Under the pieces are notes generated by a model. It did no database searches and was not told where the DNA came from. It saw only the letters and a program-made list of their open reading frames with translations. A program made the translations under genes and the position numbers. A stretch of 63,915 bases of DNA, counting the filler, from Thelocarpon superellum (taxonomy: Eukaryota), in the NCBI GenBank assembly GCA_026025795.1. It is 3 parts of 3 records of this genome, joined end to end, with 100 filler letters (N's around TTAATTAATTAA, not from the genome) between each part and the next. Parts side by side here need not be neighbours in the genome. Positions count along the whole stretch, not along the records: positions 47,751 to 63,915 come from JAPEUG010000395.1; 2 more parts are not named here. One strand, given 5' to 3'. Positions within the stretch are counted from its first letter, which is position 1, and the number at the start of each line of letters is the position of its first letter. Shown piece by piece: positions 49,389-63,508 of this stretch.

Positions 49389-52300
49389 TCAATCCACTCC
49401 ATCCTCATCCTCGTGCCCGTCCCCATCCTCATCCTCTCTCTCACCCCCTTCATACTCTTCTTCCCCACCATCCGCCTCAAAAGCACCACGAACAACTCCC
49501 AGCCCCCCCAGACAAGCCCAGAACCTATCTCGGCCCAAGACATGCATCCGGTCGAAACGCAAGCCGTCCAGTGTTCGCAACGAGGGACAACTACTGGCGA
49601 CCAGCATCTCATATACTCTCCGCCGGAGCTTCGTGTCCCGGTCCAGACGCGCGCGATACGCCGTGTCGCTCGCTGAGCCGGCGAGGGGAAGGTGAAACAC
49701 GGCGGCGTCGGCGTCGTAGTCATGACGGCAGTCCCCGTCTCCTTCCTCGCAATTTCCGTCGGCCGCGGTCCCCCGGTATGTGACGACACGGCGCTCGATG
49801 GCCGGCGGGTAGAAACCGACGGAGAGAGGGTTATTGCGAAGGTCGAGGTCGCATAGAGACGGGAGCAGGGCGAGGGCCGCGCTCGTTTTCCGGAGACGGT
49901 CGAGCCGATTCCCTGCTACGTGGAGCTTGTGCAGGCGCACGATGCCCTCGAGCGGGCCGAGGTCGCGCAGCGCGTTGAAATTGAGGCTGAGTTGACGTAG
50001 ATTGCGTGCGCGGTGTCCAAAGTCTGCCGGAAGCTCTTGGAGCCCCGATGAGGCCAGCTCGAGCACGTGCAGGTTCAGGAAGTTGAGGCCCAAGCTGAGC
50101 GTGCTCAGGTGGTTGCCGCTGTAGTACAGCTTGCGCACCTCAAAGTAATCGTCCGCCTTCATTTCGGGTTCGGGCTCCGTCTGGGGCTCTGTCTGCATCC
50201 GGCTGCTGGGATGAGGAGAGGTGCATTGTTCGCGCATCGAGATCAGTTCGAGGTGTTTGTGCGATCGAAGGCCGTGAATCTCCTGTAGTCGGTTCTCGTC
50301 GACATGGAGGATGCGGAGATGAGGCATTGGGGAGGTGTCCAGATTTCCGAGCCAGTTCTTCTCCAGACCGAGGAAGCGTAGCCGTTTGAGCGGTGCCGTC
50401 GGCTTCACCTCAAACTCCACCAGTGCGTTCGATCCTGCCACGGTCAGTTGTAGATCCTCAGGCCCGTGGATCCACATACCAAGTTCCAGATGGCTCAACG
50501 CCGGGAGGTGGTGCAGATTTCGGACCGAGTGGATCTGGTTGCCCTTCAGATCGAGCGCGCCCAGTCGTTTCCTGCTTGTCGTCAGTAAACCTTCATCCGC
50601 GCATTCATCCACATTGGAGGCCACCTACAGCTGAGCCGTGGCGAAATCCACCCTCGACAACCGATTTCGCCGCGCGCGAAGGCTGGTCAGCCCGTCAAGC
50701 TGGAAAACACCTTCGAGCGACGAGATCTGGTTATCGTCGGCCTTGATCTCTCGCAGGTGTACCAGGCCCTTCAGCCCCTCCAGACTGTCAATCTGATTCC
50801 CGGATAGATCAAGGGACTGTAGGTTGCCCAGATGTCCCCACGCCGTCATGTTCGATAAATGATTGTAGGCCACCGTGAGATGGCGAAGGCTTGCTGGCGC
50901 GCCGTTGAGTTGAGCCAGCTGATTCTCCGACAAGTTCAACACTTCCAAGCGCCCGCAAAAGTCTTGCAGGCGGTGTAAGCCATTGAGACGCCGGCCCCGA
51001 AGATCCAGCTGTCGAATTTGCTCCCAGTATGGCTCGTATGGCTCGATATCGGTCAACTGCTGGACGAGGTTGCTGGTGACCTGCGATAGCCCTTGAAGCG
51101 CCGTCGATGGCACCTTCTCCACGCGCTTGGCCAGATAGCTAATCTCTCTCCCACTTGTCTCGTCGCCTTGATTGAGGGTAAAGTCCGGGAGAGGGCTGAG
51201 GTGGAAGCTGACATTGGCCCGCCGTTCCAGCGCCGGCATCGATGGTGCCATCATGGCCGTCACATCCTCCGACGGAAGCAACGGAGCCGCCACGCAGACA
51301 TCCAGACTCGTCCGTCTTGTGCCGCTGGCGCGGAGATCGGATGCGCCGTGGGATTCTTCGTACTGCTCATCGATCCGGGCGAAGGGGTGGAGGGTGAAAG
51401 ATCGAGTGGCAAAGGATGTCGGGCGACCCATCACCCGAGTCTGTCCCTGAACGTGACGACCGCTGGATGCCCGTCTCCTGCCACGCCCACCAACCACCGA
51501 GTGCTCCCAGTCATGCTCGATATCAACCGTGCCGTGTCTCACCGCTTGCGCACCGGACCATCCGAGAGAATCGTGGAAAGATTCCTCGCTGACGGGGGTG
51601 CCCATTACCTGCGATACTAGCGGCGATGAAAAGGTGATGGTCACATCACGGCGGCCACGCCGAGGACCAGCGCCACGCGTTTCCGGGTCGGCGCCACGAC
51701 CCTCGTGGAGCTGGATCTCTTCTTCCACCCCATCCTTCGACGGCGCCGGGTCAAGCGCCGGTTGGACATGATCACCGACGTGCGCCTTGGTCCGCTGGGT
51801 GTGCACCTCGTCGCCCCAGGAGGTCGCACGCGTTTCTGTCCGCGGTCCACTGGAGGCGAGGTTGGAAGACTTGGAAGGGAGCGAGCTCGAATCGGCCACC
51901 ATCAAGAATGATCCCGCTCGCGTCGCTGGCCGTTCTCCGTTTCCGGTCTCGGCCGCGGCGAGAGCACTCTCTAAAGTAGTCGGCGGCAGTTTCATCTCCT
52001 CCGCCATCGCCGCTGCCGCCACGGCTTGGGTCCGTATGCGCTCGGCCTTCTCATCGACCGAGAGATCGGGAATGTTGCCCAGCGGATCCTCCTCGCTAGT
52101 CTCCGAGGCTGCCCCCTTGCCCGATGCCTGGGACGTGCCATGTTCCTTTCGACTGACCCATGTCTGTCTGGCGTGATCGTAGGTCATACCGGCAATGTGA
52201 CCGGGGATGAGGTGCGACACCCTCTCCGGCCCAATGACGTGTCGGGTCTCGGACCGCCCGGACGAGCTGCCCCGGCCCGTTTGCCCCGAGGATGTCCCAC

Positions 52301-55022
52301 CCGTGGCACTGGAGCCTTGCGAATCAGCTTGCCCCCGGCCTGCGGCCAGCACGTCACCCTTCGCTCCCTCTCGGCTCGTTTCGGTGTGAAGGCCCACGGT
52401 GTGTCCAAGGATGCGAATGTTGTTCGGTTCGCTTTGGATCTGGCCTTGGGTGCGCATCACCGCTGCTGACAGTCCGCTGGCCGTGACATCACGAGAGTCG
52501 GCCGAGGTCGGGCGTGTCTTGCTCTCTAAGTCACTCTCGGCATATTTGGCCAAATGGTCAAGGATTTGGGGATCCGGTACGATTAAGGCTTGTCGACGTA
52601 AAGTACCACCTCCGTCACGACTGGCCGGCCGCGAGAAGTCTTCGTACGAGGAATCTGCCGTGGCCTTGGACGACGCCTTCTCCCGGGTCGTCTCCTTGAC
52701 ATCTTCCATTGCCGACTCTTCCAAGCTGGCAAGCGCACTGTGTCGCCTTCCTTTGGCACGTATCTGCTCCATGATCTTGGTGGCTTCGTCCAGAAAGTCC
52801 TGCGTCGTGACCGATCCCTTTCGAATCTCCCCCGATGGATGTTGTCCCGGTTGGGGGTGTGAGAGGTCGGTTGTGCACGCATAGGCTCGAATGCGAGGAG
52901 GCTTTTCCCCATAGAGATGGACGGCTGGTCCTAGGTCGCTTTGATCCCCTCGATGCTGATGCGGTGTAGGCATCCGCGCCTTGAGGATGCGACGAGCGGC
53001 AACGCGGTCCGGATCCGCCGTCCCACCGTCATCGTGGTATCGAGCATCTTTCCTCTTCTTTCCCACCAGCAAATTCTTCGCTGCGGTCAAGGCCTCGGTG
53101 GCCTCCTGAGCCCTCTCCGACGAGAGCGTCTCCATCTCCAATCGAGTTAGTGTCCGACGGCGCTTCGATACCCGACCCTTGGCGGGGGAGCTCGGCGGCC
53201 GCTTGCCGTCCACGACGAGCGCCACTCCCAGATCGTCGCCGGCGTGGTCCTCGCCGGACGTCTCCCCATCTCGGTTGTGACGACGCCGGGCCGAGGTAGC
53301 CCGGCGTCGGCGACGGGCCCGCGGGGCGACGCGATCGCGATCCAAGCCGTCCACATGAGAAGATCCATGTCCACGTGACGATGATAACGCGCGGCCGTCG
53401 TTGAAGGATGAGACCGAGCTCTCGTCGAAAACATATTCGTCCAGCTGGCCCTGGCCGAAGCTGCTGATGCGCGTGCCTGATCGCCGTGGAATTCGTGACG
53501 TGTCGCTCTCGTCTACTTCTAGTCCCAGCTGACTCGTACGTTGTAGCTCGTCGATTTCGTGGTCGTGAATCGTGTCTTCGAACTGGCTCATGCGGCGGAG
53601 TAGTTTGTCATTGGTAAAGGTATCATAGCCTCCAAACAGCTTCAGCGGGCTTTTCGAGCTCTTGGATGGATCTGCCCCCTTGCCTCCTCGCGATGGGCTT
53701 GCGACGGGCGTGTGGGGAAGGTCCGAAGGTGACGATGCCCGCGATTGCTTGCCATCATGGCTGGTGACGTGCTCCGCCGTGCGAATTCCCGGTAAGCTTT
53801 GAGGAGTGCCTGTATCGATCGATGCATCTCGCGTTGCAAAGGAGTCCTCGGGCCGCGGTAACGATGAGGGACTGAGTTTCTTCATTTGAAAGGAGCCTTC
53901 GCTGTAAAAGCCTCCGCGGCGCGTGTTGATGAAGCCCCCGTGCGAAACGAAGTCATGCGTGCCGAAAGTCGTGTCGTTCAGTTGGCTTTGGCCAGGCGGT
54001 CCCTCTTCTCGCACCATACTTCCTTCGCTCTGCCTCTGACTCTGAGACGAGTCATGTGCATCATACTGGGCCATTCCTCCCACCACGCCCTGCCGAGAGA
54101 CGAAGATGGGAGAGATATCTTCATTTTTGGCGGCCGAATTCGCGCTGACGGTCCGGTTCCGGTCGAGACGGTCATCGCGATCTCCGTCGCGGTTCATATG
54201 ACGGCCAATCACCACGGACGAAGCCTCGGTGGCTTCCGAGTCATTTCCAGCCGTCACTGCGGCGCCGTGGCGGAGCTCGAAGGCGCTGCTGCGGCGTGAG
54301 CGCCCCGTGTCGGACGTGCCATCTCCTTGGCTCAGGTTTTCGCTTCCATGGTTCAATACCTTTCGGCATTCTCCTCCATGGACGGGACGCGTTACATTGT
54401 TCGCGTCCGGTTCGGGGTGGTTGATCGGTTGCGAGCGTGGGATGATCGGTCTCCGTGGTGTCGCGGACTCGGGCGGAGGCTGAAAGATGTTTTCGAGCCC
54501 GATCGGGCCAAAGAGGTCGCGCTGTGCATACACCGCAGCCTCGCCGAGGAGGCGTCTCTTCCACTCGGGTGTGTCCTGTTTCCGTCGCTGCTTCCTGGGC
54601 GAGGAGCTGAGCGATCGGTACAGAGCGACGGGATGTTGTCGAGTGGTCTGGACGGAGGCAGAAGACAGGCTTTGTGAGACGCGTCGGTTCGATTTGCCCG
54701 GTGCCTCTTCGTCTGCCGGAGAGGTAGATGCATCCATCGGTGCCAGCTGAGAGCTGTTGTTCTTGCTCGGACTGCGGACTGAGAGCACGCCATGGCCTCC
54801 ATTACTCGCTTGCTCCTGTCGGGTCGTGGGCCTCGACTCTCCTCGGCTTTTCGGTGGTCCACCGGGCTGCGGGCGCGCTTTGTACCGTGGGATACGACTG
54901 CTGGGGGGATGGTGTGCTGAGCTTCGGTCGGAGGCGGTTGAGCTCTGCAAGGGAAGGCTCGGGGAGGAGGAACGAGGCTGGGGAATCCAGTCCTCGGACA
55001 AGGAATCGAGCCACGGATTCAT
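49389..55022 (-). CDS. NUD1: Septation/mitotic-exit network scaffold with C-terminal leucine-rich repeats (Nud1/Cdc11-like); two introns near 50628-50572 and 50478-50434
   Basis: N-terminal WLDSLSEDW, TPEWKRRLL..QRDLF.PIGLENIF, SPLKLFGGYDTFTNDKLLRRMSQFE, GSVTTQDFLDEATKIM, EPYEPYWE and many LxxLxLxxN repeats. Confidence 0.85.
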
Positions 55023-55786
55023 TTTGGAGCAGGTAGTGTGTTAAGGCAGCGTCCAGGCGAAAGAGAACTGGTGGCCAGATACGGATCATGCCTGTCCGAT
55101 CATCGCATCGTAGCAGCTATCGACACGTCGCGTGGTGTTCGACCCAGTCACAGGACGTGATCCAGGGAAAGCATGGCAGTCGTCAACCTCCACGAGCCAT
55201 GTCACTTGGGCCTTGTGCAGACCGTGGGACAGCTTGAGCAGCCACGGCTGGATGCTGATCGTCGTACGCACACCGTGGTGGGATGACGAGAATTGCGTGG
55301 TTCGGGTGTTTCGACACTGATGACCTCTTTGGGCTAGCGTACAAGTCGCCTGTCTTCGTTAACCAATCAAGTCGGTGAGGTGTTGACAGTAGCAGGCAAA
55401 CAAGCCTCCCGTTGCCCAGGGCAACGACAGTGAGGTCGAAGCGTACGCAGTTCCCGTCACTTCGCACCCTTGCACGTCCACGATGAAGAGTGGGCCATGC
55501 AAACAGTCCCCTCGCACGATGAAAGAGCATTTCATTTTTAGGAGATTAGTTGACTAATCGTTATGAGACGCATGGGCTTCTGTGGGTCCTGACTATCGTG
55601 ACCTGACCACAGCACGGCTGTGAGGAAAGACCAGTGTGTGGATCTTTGCTACTTGCGTGACTGTAAGCTTGGAACGATGTCATCCGGAGCTCAAGCAGTC
55701 GTTATGATGACCGAGTCGACATCTTCAGCCAGGCATGTTCTTTCACCTTTTGACTGGTACTCGCCTCCCTTGGCCATTCCGCAAGC

Positions 55787-56461
55787 ATGGATTCGTCCCA
55801 ATGTCGGTGGCCTACCATCACCCGACCCCTATCTCCAGATGCAGATGACATGCTGGTAGCCGACTCCGATTCTGGGCGGAAAGATGCTTCGTCACCTGTA
55901 TCCAATTGGCACCGGATTGAGCAGATCGCGAAACGATACGAGGAAGGAAGCACGCCCATCATCTTGACTGCCTCCCTCCGTGGACCGTTCGACAGGGGCT
56001 GGGTGAACCCGTGGAAGAAGAGCCCAAATGGCCCACGGCGGCTGAGGGCCGACCTTTCGCGCGCTCAGTTCAGATGGTGATTCATCTTGGAAAGCGTGAG
56101 GATCCTCTGTCCTAAGCTCTGACTGAAGGACAGTTGTTCCGTGGCCGTTAAGGAAACCATGCGCGGCGAGTTGACCGATTCGCCGTCGCGAATTCAACTG
56201 GCTCCCACCGCTATGATAGGAGACGATTGCGCCAAAGACATTTCTCACGCAGCCAAGGATTCATTGCCGGGACCACTTCCATTTCGCCTGGCTCAATCCA
56301 GGGTGATGCAAGGGCGGAGAACGCCCGACGCGTGGGCCAAGGGCAGGTCGGCGGACCGGTCGGCGGGCCATTTATGTGGGGACGGCGGCAACGACGACAA
56401 TAATGATGATGATGATGACGACGATGACGATGACGATGAGTTATCTGGCCCTCATTCTTAA
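55787..56461 (+). CDS. Hypothetical protein with a motif recalled from conserved ascomycete hypotheticals; exons 55787-56076 and 56134-56461; possibly truncated
   Basis: RIEQIAKRYEEGSTPIILTASLRGPFDRGWVNPWKK. Intron GTGATT..CTGAC..CAG joins it in frame to ORF 56141-56461, which has a poly-Asp tract. Confidence 0.5.
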
Positions 56462-58870
56462 TCTGCCCTCGACTCTTCCGGGATCGCCAGGGAGCAATCC
56501 TCAGCCGGTGAAGTCAGCTAGCATGACTGTGGAAAGTGCTAGAGCGACCGGCGATCATGACGCAGAATCGAGGCTACAAAGGTGAGGTAAGCGGGCATTA
56601 GCGAGGTTGGGAAGACACAGACAATCTGCGGAAGATGGTTGGTTAGGAAGGGAGAACGGTGCTCGCGTGAACACGGAGTCACCAGTACTCATACCTCTAG
56701 CGTATCCTCCAAAGGCGTAAGTCTCCAGTGGCATGGGGTGCCTCTAAAGTCACAAACGGTGCCTGCTATGGAGAGAAGAACTGGGGGCCCGCAGACTAGA
56801 CTAGCAGTCTATGCGCTCCGAAAAATACTATCAAAGACGACACTCATTGCGCTTCGAGGCAGCCCTCATTACCTTGAACATCCACGCCGAGAGTAGTCCT
56901 GGCTGCCTACGCGGTTTCCAGGGAAGCCCCCATTGACTTTGCTCATGTTGCTGGCGTTGAGGGTCATTCAGTCCGGGCCCCGGGGGTTGCGCGGAATGGC
57001 GTCTGCCAGCTGTAAAGGAAGGCCGGGCATCATGCGAAACAACTCAACTCCGGCCTTATGACAGCTGTGGATTCCCGCGAGACATCATGACTACTAGTCA
57101 TAGTAGTAATGTAGCTGATTTTTTGTACTACAAAGCAGCTGGCCGTGGTGCTGAGTGTTGCATCCGCTTACAAGTTGTGGTACTGCGCTTTGCAGGGGAG
57201 GTGGCGTGCGGAGCTACGGGGGCCACGGCGCGAGGGTGCCACCAGAGCTGCAGCGATATCACGTTCCCAACTGATTGGTGGCCTCGGGACAAGGCGATAA
57301 GGTTCGGATCTCAACCGCAGCGGCCGCTAAACAAGGGACTCGTACTTGTACAAGTACGTGACGGTAATCGTACGGTAAGCTATGAACGAGAATCATCCCA
57401 GCCGTAATGAGGACTCGGACGAGACTCGTAGAAGGACGAGACAACAAAAACTCGTACACCACTCGTAGTGCCGCCAGTCCTCGCTGGCAGCGCAAGAGCG
57501 CCCCTGCTCCTCATCCGATGGGGCACGCCCGATGCTTCTCATAGGAACGATTCCTGTACACGTATCTTACGTAGACGTGGCCTTGCTCGTTGATGCCCAG
57601 GAGACCACGGTCCCAGGCCACGGTGCCCGGCCGCGGATGTCCGCGGCCCAACCGGCGCAAATAAGAATGTCGCGCAGCTGTTCGCTGAATTGATGCGATC
57701 TCCAGATTGCCGCGGACGTCTGGCGGGCGGGGTCAGCGGTTGGTCGAATGGCACCGAGCAGGGAAGGGATCCAGTCCTCCCCGCATCTTCGGCGCGCTTT
57801 GCCGCCTTACTTATGACGATTGATGGAGCGGCATGAGCGCAATATTCTAGGAAGGCACACGTCTCGCCCGAGCCAGACACGGGTTTACTCACGTTACTCA
57901 TGCTTACCAACGTACGTACGGTTGCAAGCTGCGACTACCAGCGACCGTGGTGGAGGATCGGGAAGGACCTCGGCGGTTTGGGCTGCCACATTGCTCCTGC
58001 GCACTTACAAAACAGCAGGCACGACGGCTCGATGGTTGGACGGTGGGGCCAATCACAACGCTCTTGGTGGGGTCGCCCGGACTCTCGCCTGCGATTGGAC
58101 CATGACTCCCTCGGGCTTGCGCAGCCAGCGATCCGTGATTCGACCCTTATGCTGCCGGAACATGGCAAACTTACCCTACTGACGGGTACTCGTACTTTAC
58201 TCGTACTTGTATACTGGTGGCGTGGGAACGGGTTGGTGGTACGGTGGACGTGCAAGCGCACGTCAGGTAGGGCCAGAGGTCGCCAAAGAGGCAAAAAGGC
58301 AAAGAGGCATCAGCGATGCCGCTCTCGCCGCTCTCGCACCTGGCGTGCAAGTGGTGGCGCCATTGTTATTGCTTTTCCTTCTCGCAGCCCCTCCACCGCC
58401 AACAAGCACGCATTTTTCTCCTCGCCTCCGGACAACAACCCCACCGTTGGCCGCCCATGCAACCCATGCACCCAAACCCCCAAACCCCCATGCCCCAGGC
58501 CCAGGCCCATGCCCATGCCCATGCCGTTGACCTCCACGCTCACGCTGCCACTCATCCACGCACACACCCTCACGCTTCAGCCTTGCCCCAACCTTCCGTA
58601 GCCTTTTCCCTTTCAAGCCCCGTTATCATTGCCGAAGAGCCTGACGTCGCTCGGGCCCAGCGCGTCCACTCTCGGCCGTGCATCTGTCCCAGTATCGTAT
58701 CCTGGCATCCATTCACACCCCACCCCCATCTCCTTGTGCGCCTGCGCTTACGCCTACTGCGGCGACTCCTGACGAATTACCCGTCCCCTCGGCGCCAGCA
58801 GCTCTCAGCGAATAGCTTGGCCACGCACCGTGTGGCCCCTCCAGGGCCCCCGCCCTGGGTTTACCGCCTC

Positions 58871-61800
58871 ATGTCCAGCTCGCCGACGTCCTGGCTTCAT
58901 AGAAATACCTCATCCGCCTCCTCGGTGGTGTCACAACCTTCCTCCTCCTCCGCCGCTACCGCGAGCGACGTGCCCGACCCCGACGATGATGCCACCGCGC
59001 CCCAACCATCGTCGTCGTCCCATCCGGCGATAACCCCCGCCACATCGTCCCTGGCTCGGCCGACTCCTCGCCCTCCGACCGCGCTGGGGAACGTGCCTCC
59101 CCCGCCTTTGTCCGAGCGTGACTCTATCTTTGCCACTCATTATTCTCTCGATAACGACGACGGCGACGACGATGACCTCGACCTCTCCAGCCCTCGACGC
59201 CCCGTCAGTCTGCCAGGCTCCCAGGATGGCCTCGCCGTGAAAGACGCCGCCGACTTTCGCGCGTCCATGGAATTGTCGCCGCGGCCCACGTCCTCGACGA
59301 CAGATTCGTCCGCGCTGGCGGAGAAGCTCAGCTCCGCCACAGTGCGCTCCCTGGCCTCACCCCCCGTCGGCCCGCTGGTGCCGGTCGACCAAGATGCCAC
59401 GGTGGATCACAATCGATCGTCGCGTCTGACGCGGACACGCGGACGGGGTCCTTCGCGGGAACGGCCGGAGCGGAAGAAGCACGTCCAGATCCAGTCTCCC
59501 GTCCCCAGTCCCGTCGACACCCCTCGCGCCCGGCCATCCACCCCGCGTCTCCACGCGCCCGCCCCAATGCAGGCGCCCGCGGCGCCATCGTCACCACAAT
59601 CAAAGACAACGCACGGAGAAGAGCGGGGCCACGAGACACTCCGGAGCAGAGGCTCGCAGGATGGCGTGCGAGGTCGCGAATCGTCGGCGGGGCGCGTCTA
59701 CGGCCCGGACCGGAGCGGAAATCGGAGCCATGTCGAGAAGAGGATTGAGGCCACCATGACCCACCTCGAATCCAACGCGCGGAGTCGGAAGAGCAGTCGT
59801 AGTCTCGGTCTGTTCAAGGAAAACCATCCCTCCTACGAATCTCGCCACCGAGAGGACCGTCGGCCCGCGGACGATAGTGCCGTGGCCGATGTGCATCCCA
59901 GCGCGTCGACTGACGAGCGAGGCCGGGCCCGCACGATGCACCCCATGTCGAAGGCCACCACAGCGGTATCCACCCGGTCTGATCCGGCTGCTGAGGGTGA
60001 CAGTGGCAGAACCATGCCAGACTCGCCCGGGACGGAGGTGTCGACGTGGCACACCTTACCCCCGTCTCTACTGGAGGAAATCCGCACGCATCATAACGTG
60101 ATGCCCGGAGCAGCGCAGGGCACATCGTTCTCGAAAAGCCTGCCGACCACGGTCTCAGAGCAAGCGCGATCGCTGGTCCGTGGTCGGACGCCCGTTGACG
60201 CGGGCGTGGAGCAGGACGAGGGAGAGGGGAGCCGGGAGGGGTCATGTACGCCACGCGGTCACCTGGTCAAGACGCCGTCAGGTTCCAGGGAGCACGAAGG
60301 GGACGACTATTCGGACAAAGATGAGATCTCCTCCGCCCTCTATTTCCCCCATCAAACGCCATCCATCCAAGCAGCGCGTGTCATTGAGGGCCACGTCACC
60401 GGCGCACACGAAGATTCCGACGTGCCGCCGCTGTCGGCGGACGCCGACGTGCCCACTACGCCACAATGGCCAGTCGAGCCCGAGGGGTTGACGAGCGCTA
60501 ACGAGGTCGACATTTCTCTTCGCTCGGACAAAGAGAGCAACTACTTGCACGGCGATGCCCTCCTTCCTCGCGTATCCTCGTCGAGCGACGCCGAGCACGG
60601 GCATACGTCGTCGTATCCACGGTCTATCTTCTCGGCCTCGGACTCGGAATACGAATCGTGGGATGAGCCGTACGTCAAGAGCGACCCGGCCGAGATTATC
60701 CCAACAGCCGCCCCGCTGCCGTCAGAGCCGGGCACGTTACGAGCCCCGGTGCCGCCACCGCTAGGCGCGGTGGAGTTGAAACCCTACAATCATCAGGTGG
60801 GCGGACACACGACCGTCTTCCGCTTCTCCCGTCGGGCCGTGTGCAAGTCCCTCAGCAATCGCGAGAATGAGTTCTACGAGACGATCGAACGGTGCCACCC
60901 GGAACTCCTGACTTTCCTGCCGAGGTATGTGGTGGACTTTCACGTCACTCTTCCCGTCGCGGCGGTGGACGCTGAGACTTGACCAAGACTTGCGACCTCC
61001 CTCTCCCTTCCGCCAGCCTTCGCTCTCGCCCGTACCTAAGCTCTGGCTAACGAGACGCTCGCGAGGGTTCATTAGGTACATTGGCGTGCTGAACGTGACC
61101 TATCGCAAGTCGACGCGGAAGCGAAAGCCGCGCGAGCGCGACGGCGATGATGCGGGTTGGAGCTCAACGGCTCCAGCCGTGTCGGGACCGGTGCCGCTAT
61201 CGGCTCCCTCGCGCGAGGCAGAGGCGGCGCCAGCGACGGAGCTTTCGCCGCGGACGGTCAGCCAGTCGCAGCGGCCAGGGCCGGTGCCACAAGTGGTCTT
61301 TGCCAACAATCGGCACATCATTCCTGACAGCCTCTTCCGCCTATCGCAGGGCTCCGCACTGTCGCGTAGTCTCTCCTCGCAGCGACAAGGGAGCGCCGAT
61401 ACGGGTGCGGCGTCGATGCCGGCGACGCCGGCGGCGGTGGAACGCGTCAAGACGCGGCCGACGCTCACCAAAGACCACGCCAGCTGGGGCGCGACGACGG
61501 TCAACCGTAAGCTGCAGGAGCAAGTGCTTCGGGAGGTCTTTGGGCCGCCGACCATCCAGCACTACCATCGCCGACACGGCCGGCTGGCACTCCCTCCTCG
61601 CGACGACGCCCCATCATCGTCGGCATTGGCGGGCTCCGTGCTCCGACGTGGTCTCTCCGACGTCGCCAGCCACGCGTCGATCGCGAACGGCGAGGTGGTG
61701 CCGACGCGGGAGAGCGGGGTACCGCTTGCCGCGCCGGTCTCGACCGACGGTGCCAAGGAGGTTCCGGTGACCGGACATCTCAAGCGACGTCACTCCGGCG

Positions 61801-62867
61801 GTGGCCTCCGGCGGCAGGTTTTGTCGGGCGTTAGCAAGCGCGGTGATCTCGAGTATTTTGAGGACGATGGATACGGCGGTGACAAGGAGGACGAGCTTCT
61901 TGGGCTAGGCGACCCGTTTCACGCTGCGCAGCTCTCATCGTCCGCCCCGAGCGCAGCAATGCCGTCGACGACGTCGCGTGTGGCAATGGCGACGGCGGCA
62001 GTGTTGGCGCCGCCGGCCGTGCTGACGACGGGTCCGACGATGCCACGGACGCCGGCCAATCCCAAAGAAGCGCAGATCGATGAACGGGTGGAGCACTTCC
62101 TCCTGCTGGAAGATCTCACGGCGGGAATGAAACGGCCGTGCGTGCTGGATCTCAAGATGGGCACGCGACAGTACGGGGTGATGGCGGGCGAGAAGAAGCA
62201 ACGGTCGCAGCAGCGCAAGTGTCGGATGACGACGTCGAAGCAGCTGGGGGTGCGGGTGTGTGGGATGCAGGTGTGGAACGTGCTGGACGAGTCTTATCTG
62301 TTCGAGGACAAGTACTTTGGGCGCGACGTCAAAGCGGGGCGCGAGTTCCAGGACGCGCTCACGCGCTTCCTGCACGACGGAGGGAGCATGTCGAGCGTGG
62401 CGCATCGCATCCCGGTGATCCTACAGAAGCTGGCGCAGTTGGAGGCGATGGTTCGCAATCTGCCCGGTTACCGTTTCTACGCCAGCAGCCTGTTGATGCT
62501 CTACGACGGAAACCGCCGCGAGAGCGGCAGCAACACGTCCAATCCGACATCCACGGGACGGCCGCCGATCGAGATCAAAATCGTTGATTTTGCCAACTGC
62601 GTGACGGGGCTGGACTACTCACCCGAGAAGGTGGCGTGTCCGCCGCGCAACCCGACCGGGGTGGATCGCGGCTATCTCCGCGGACTGCGGTCGCTCCGGA
62701 TGTACTTTCAGCGCATCTGGCGGGAGATCAACCATGAAGACTGGGTGGAGCGCGGCGAAGCGGATGGCCTGGCCCTGGGCCGGGACGGGGCTGGACGTGG
62801 CGTCAGCCTGACAGACGAATGGTCGGACAGCGTCATGGACCCTGATCCAGGTGAGGTGAGCTTTTGA
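58871..62867 (+). CDS. KCS1: Inositol hexakisphosphate kinase Kcs1 (IPK family); intron 60925-61075; start uncertain because the frame is open back to 58316
   Basis: [77 protein letters not shown] and IVDFANC. Confidence 0.93.
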
Positions 62868-62994
62868 CGGAGGCGATGGCGGAAGATACCACGTGTCATT
62901 CAGCGAGCGGGGTTGGTCGGTCGTTTGGTCGGTCGGGACGGCGTTGGGGCTGGTATTGGTATGTCTTGGTATGGTCTTGGTATCGCCTTGGACT

Positions 62995-62995
62995 T

Positions 62996-63035
<40 letters not shown>

Positions 63036-63046
63036 TCGGCGTCGGC
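62995..63046. repeat. Hexamer microsatellite (GGTGTC)n(GGCGTC)n in the KCS1 3' region
   Basis: Read directly. Confidence 0.9.
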
Positions 63047-63318
63047 CTTCTCTCCGGCGGTCACGAGCACTACTTGTGTGCACATAGGCTCGGATATGAA
63101 ATACACCAGGACGACAACGAGGAAGTTGTGTGGAGTGCACCAGGGACTCGTGCGAAGTACCACGACTAGGTCACCGGCACGAAACCATAGGCGCACTGCT
63201 ATGTTATACTACCAGTAATACTGGTAGTCGTACGCGTGCTACTACTACTGTCAACACTCTATGCTGATACAATGGCGACTACTTCAGAAAGCCTGATCAG
63301 TAGACGGGTGACGCCCCG

Positions 63319-63461
63319 TTAGCTGCGCTGAGTATTTGGGGGAGCCTCCATTAGCTGCGCTCAGTAAACAGGGGAGCCCCCACTAGCTGCGCTCGGTAAA
63401 GAGGTGTAGGCTCCCCGGCCTCACAGACCCACTGCACCCACTGCACCCACTGCACCGACTG
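63319..63461. repeat. 32-bp-period tandem repeat (core TAGCTGCGCT, 2.5 copies, 63319-63400) followed by (CCCACTGCA)3
   Basis: Read directly. Confidence 0.85.
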
Positions 63462-63508
63462 TTTCCACTCGCCATCAATGCGCACCTCCAGAATGGCTCT
63501 CTCCAGTA

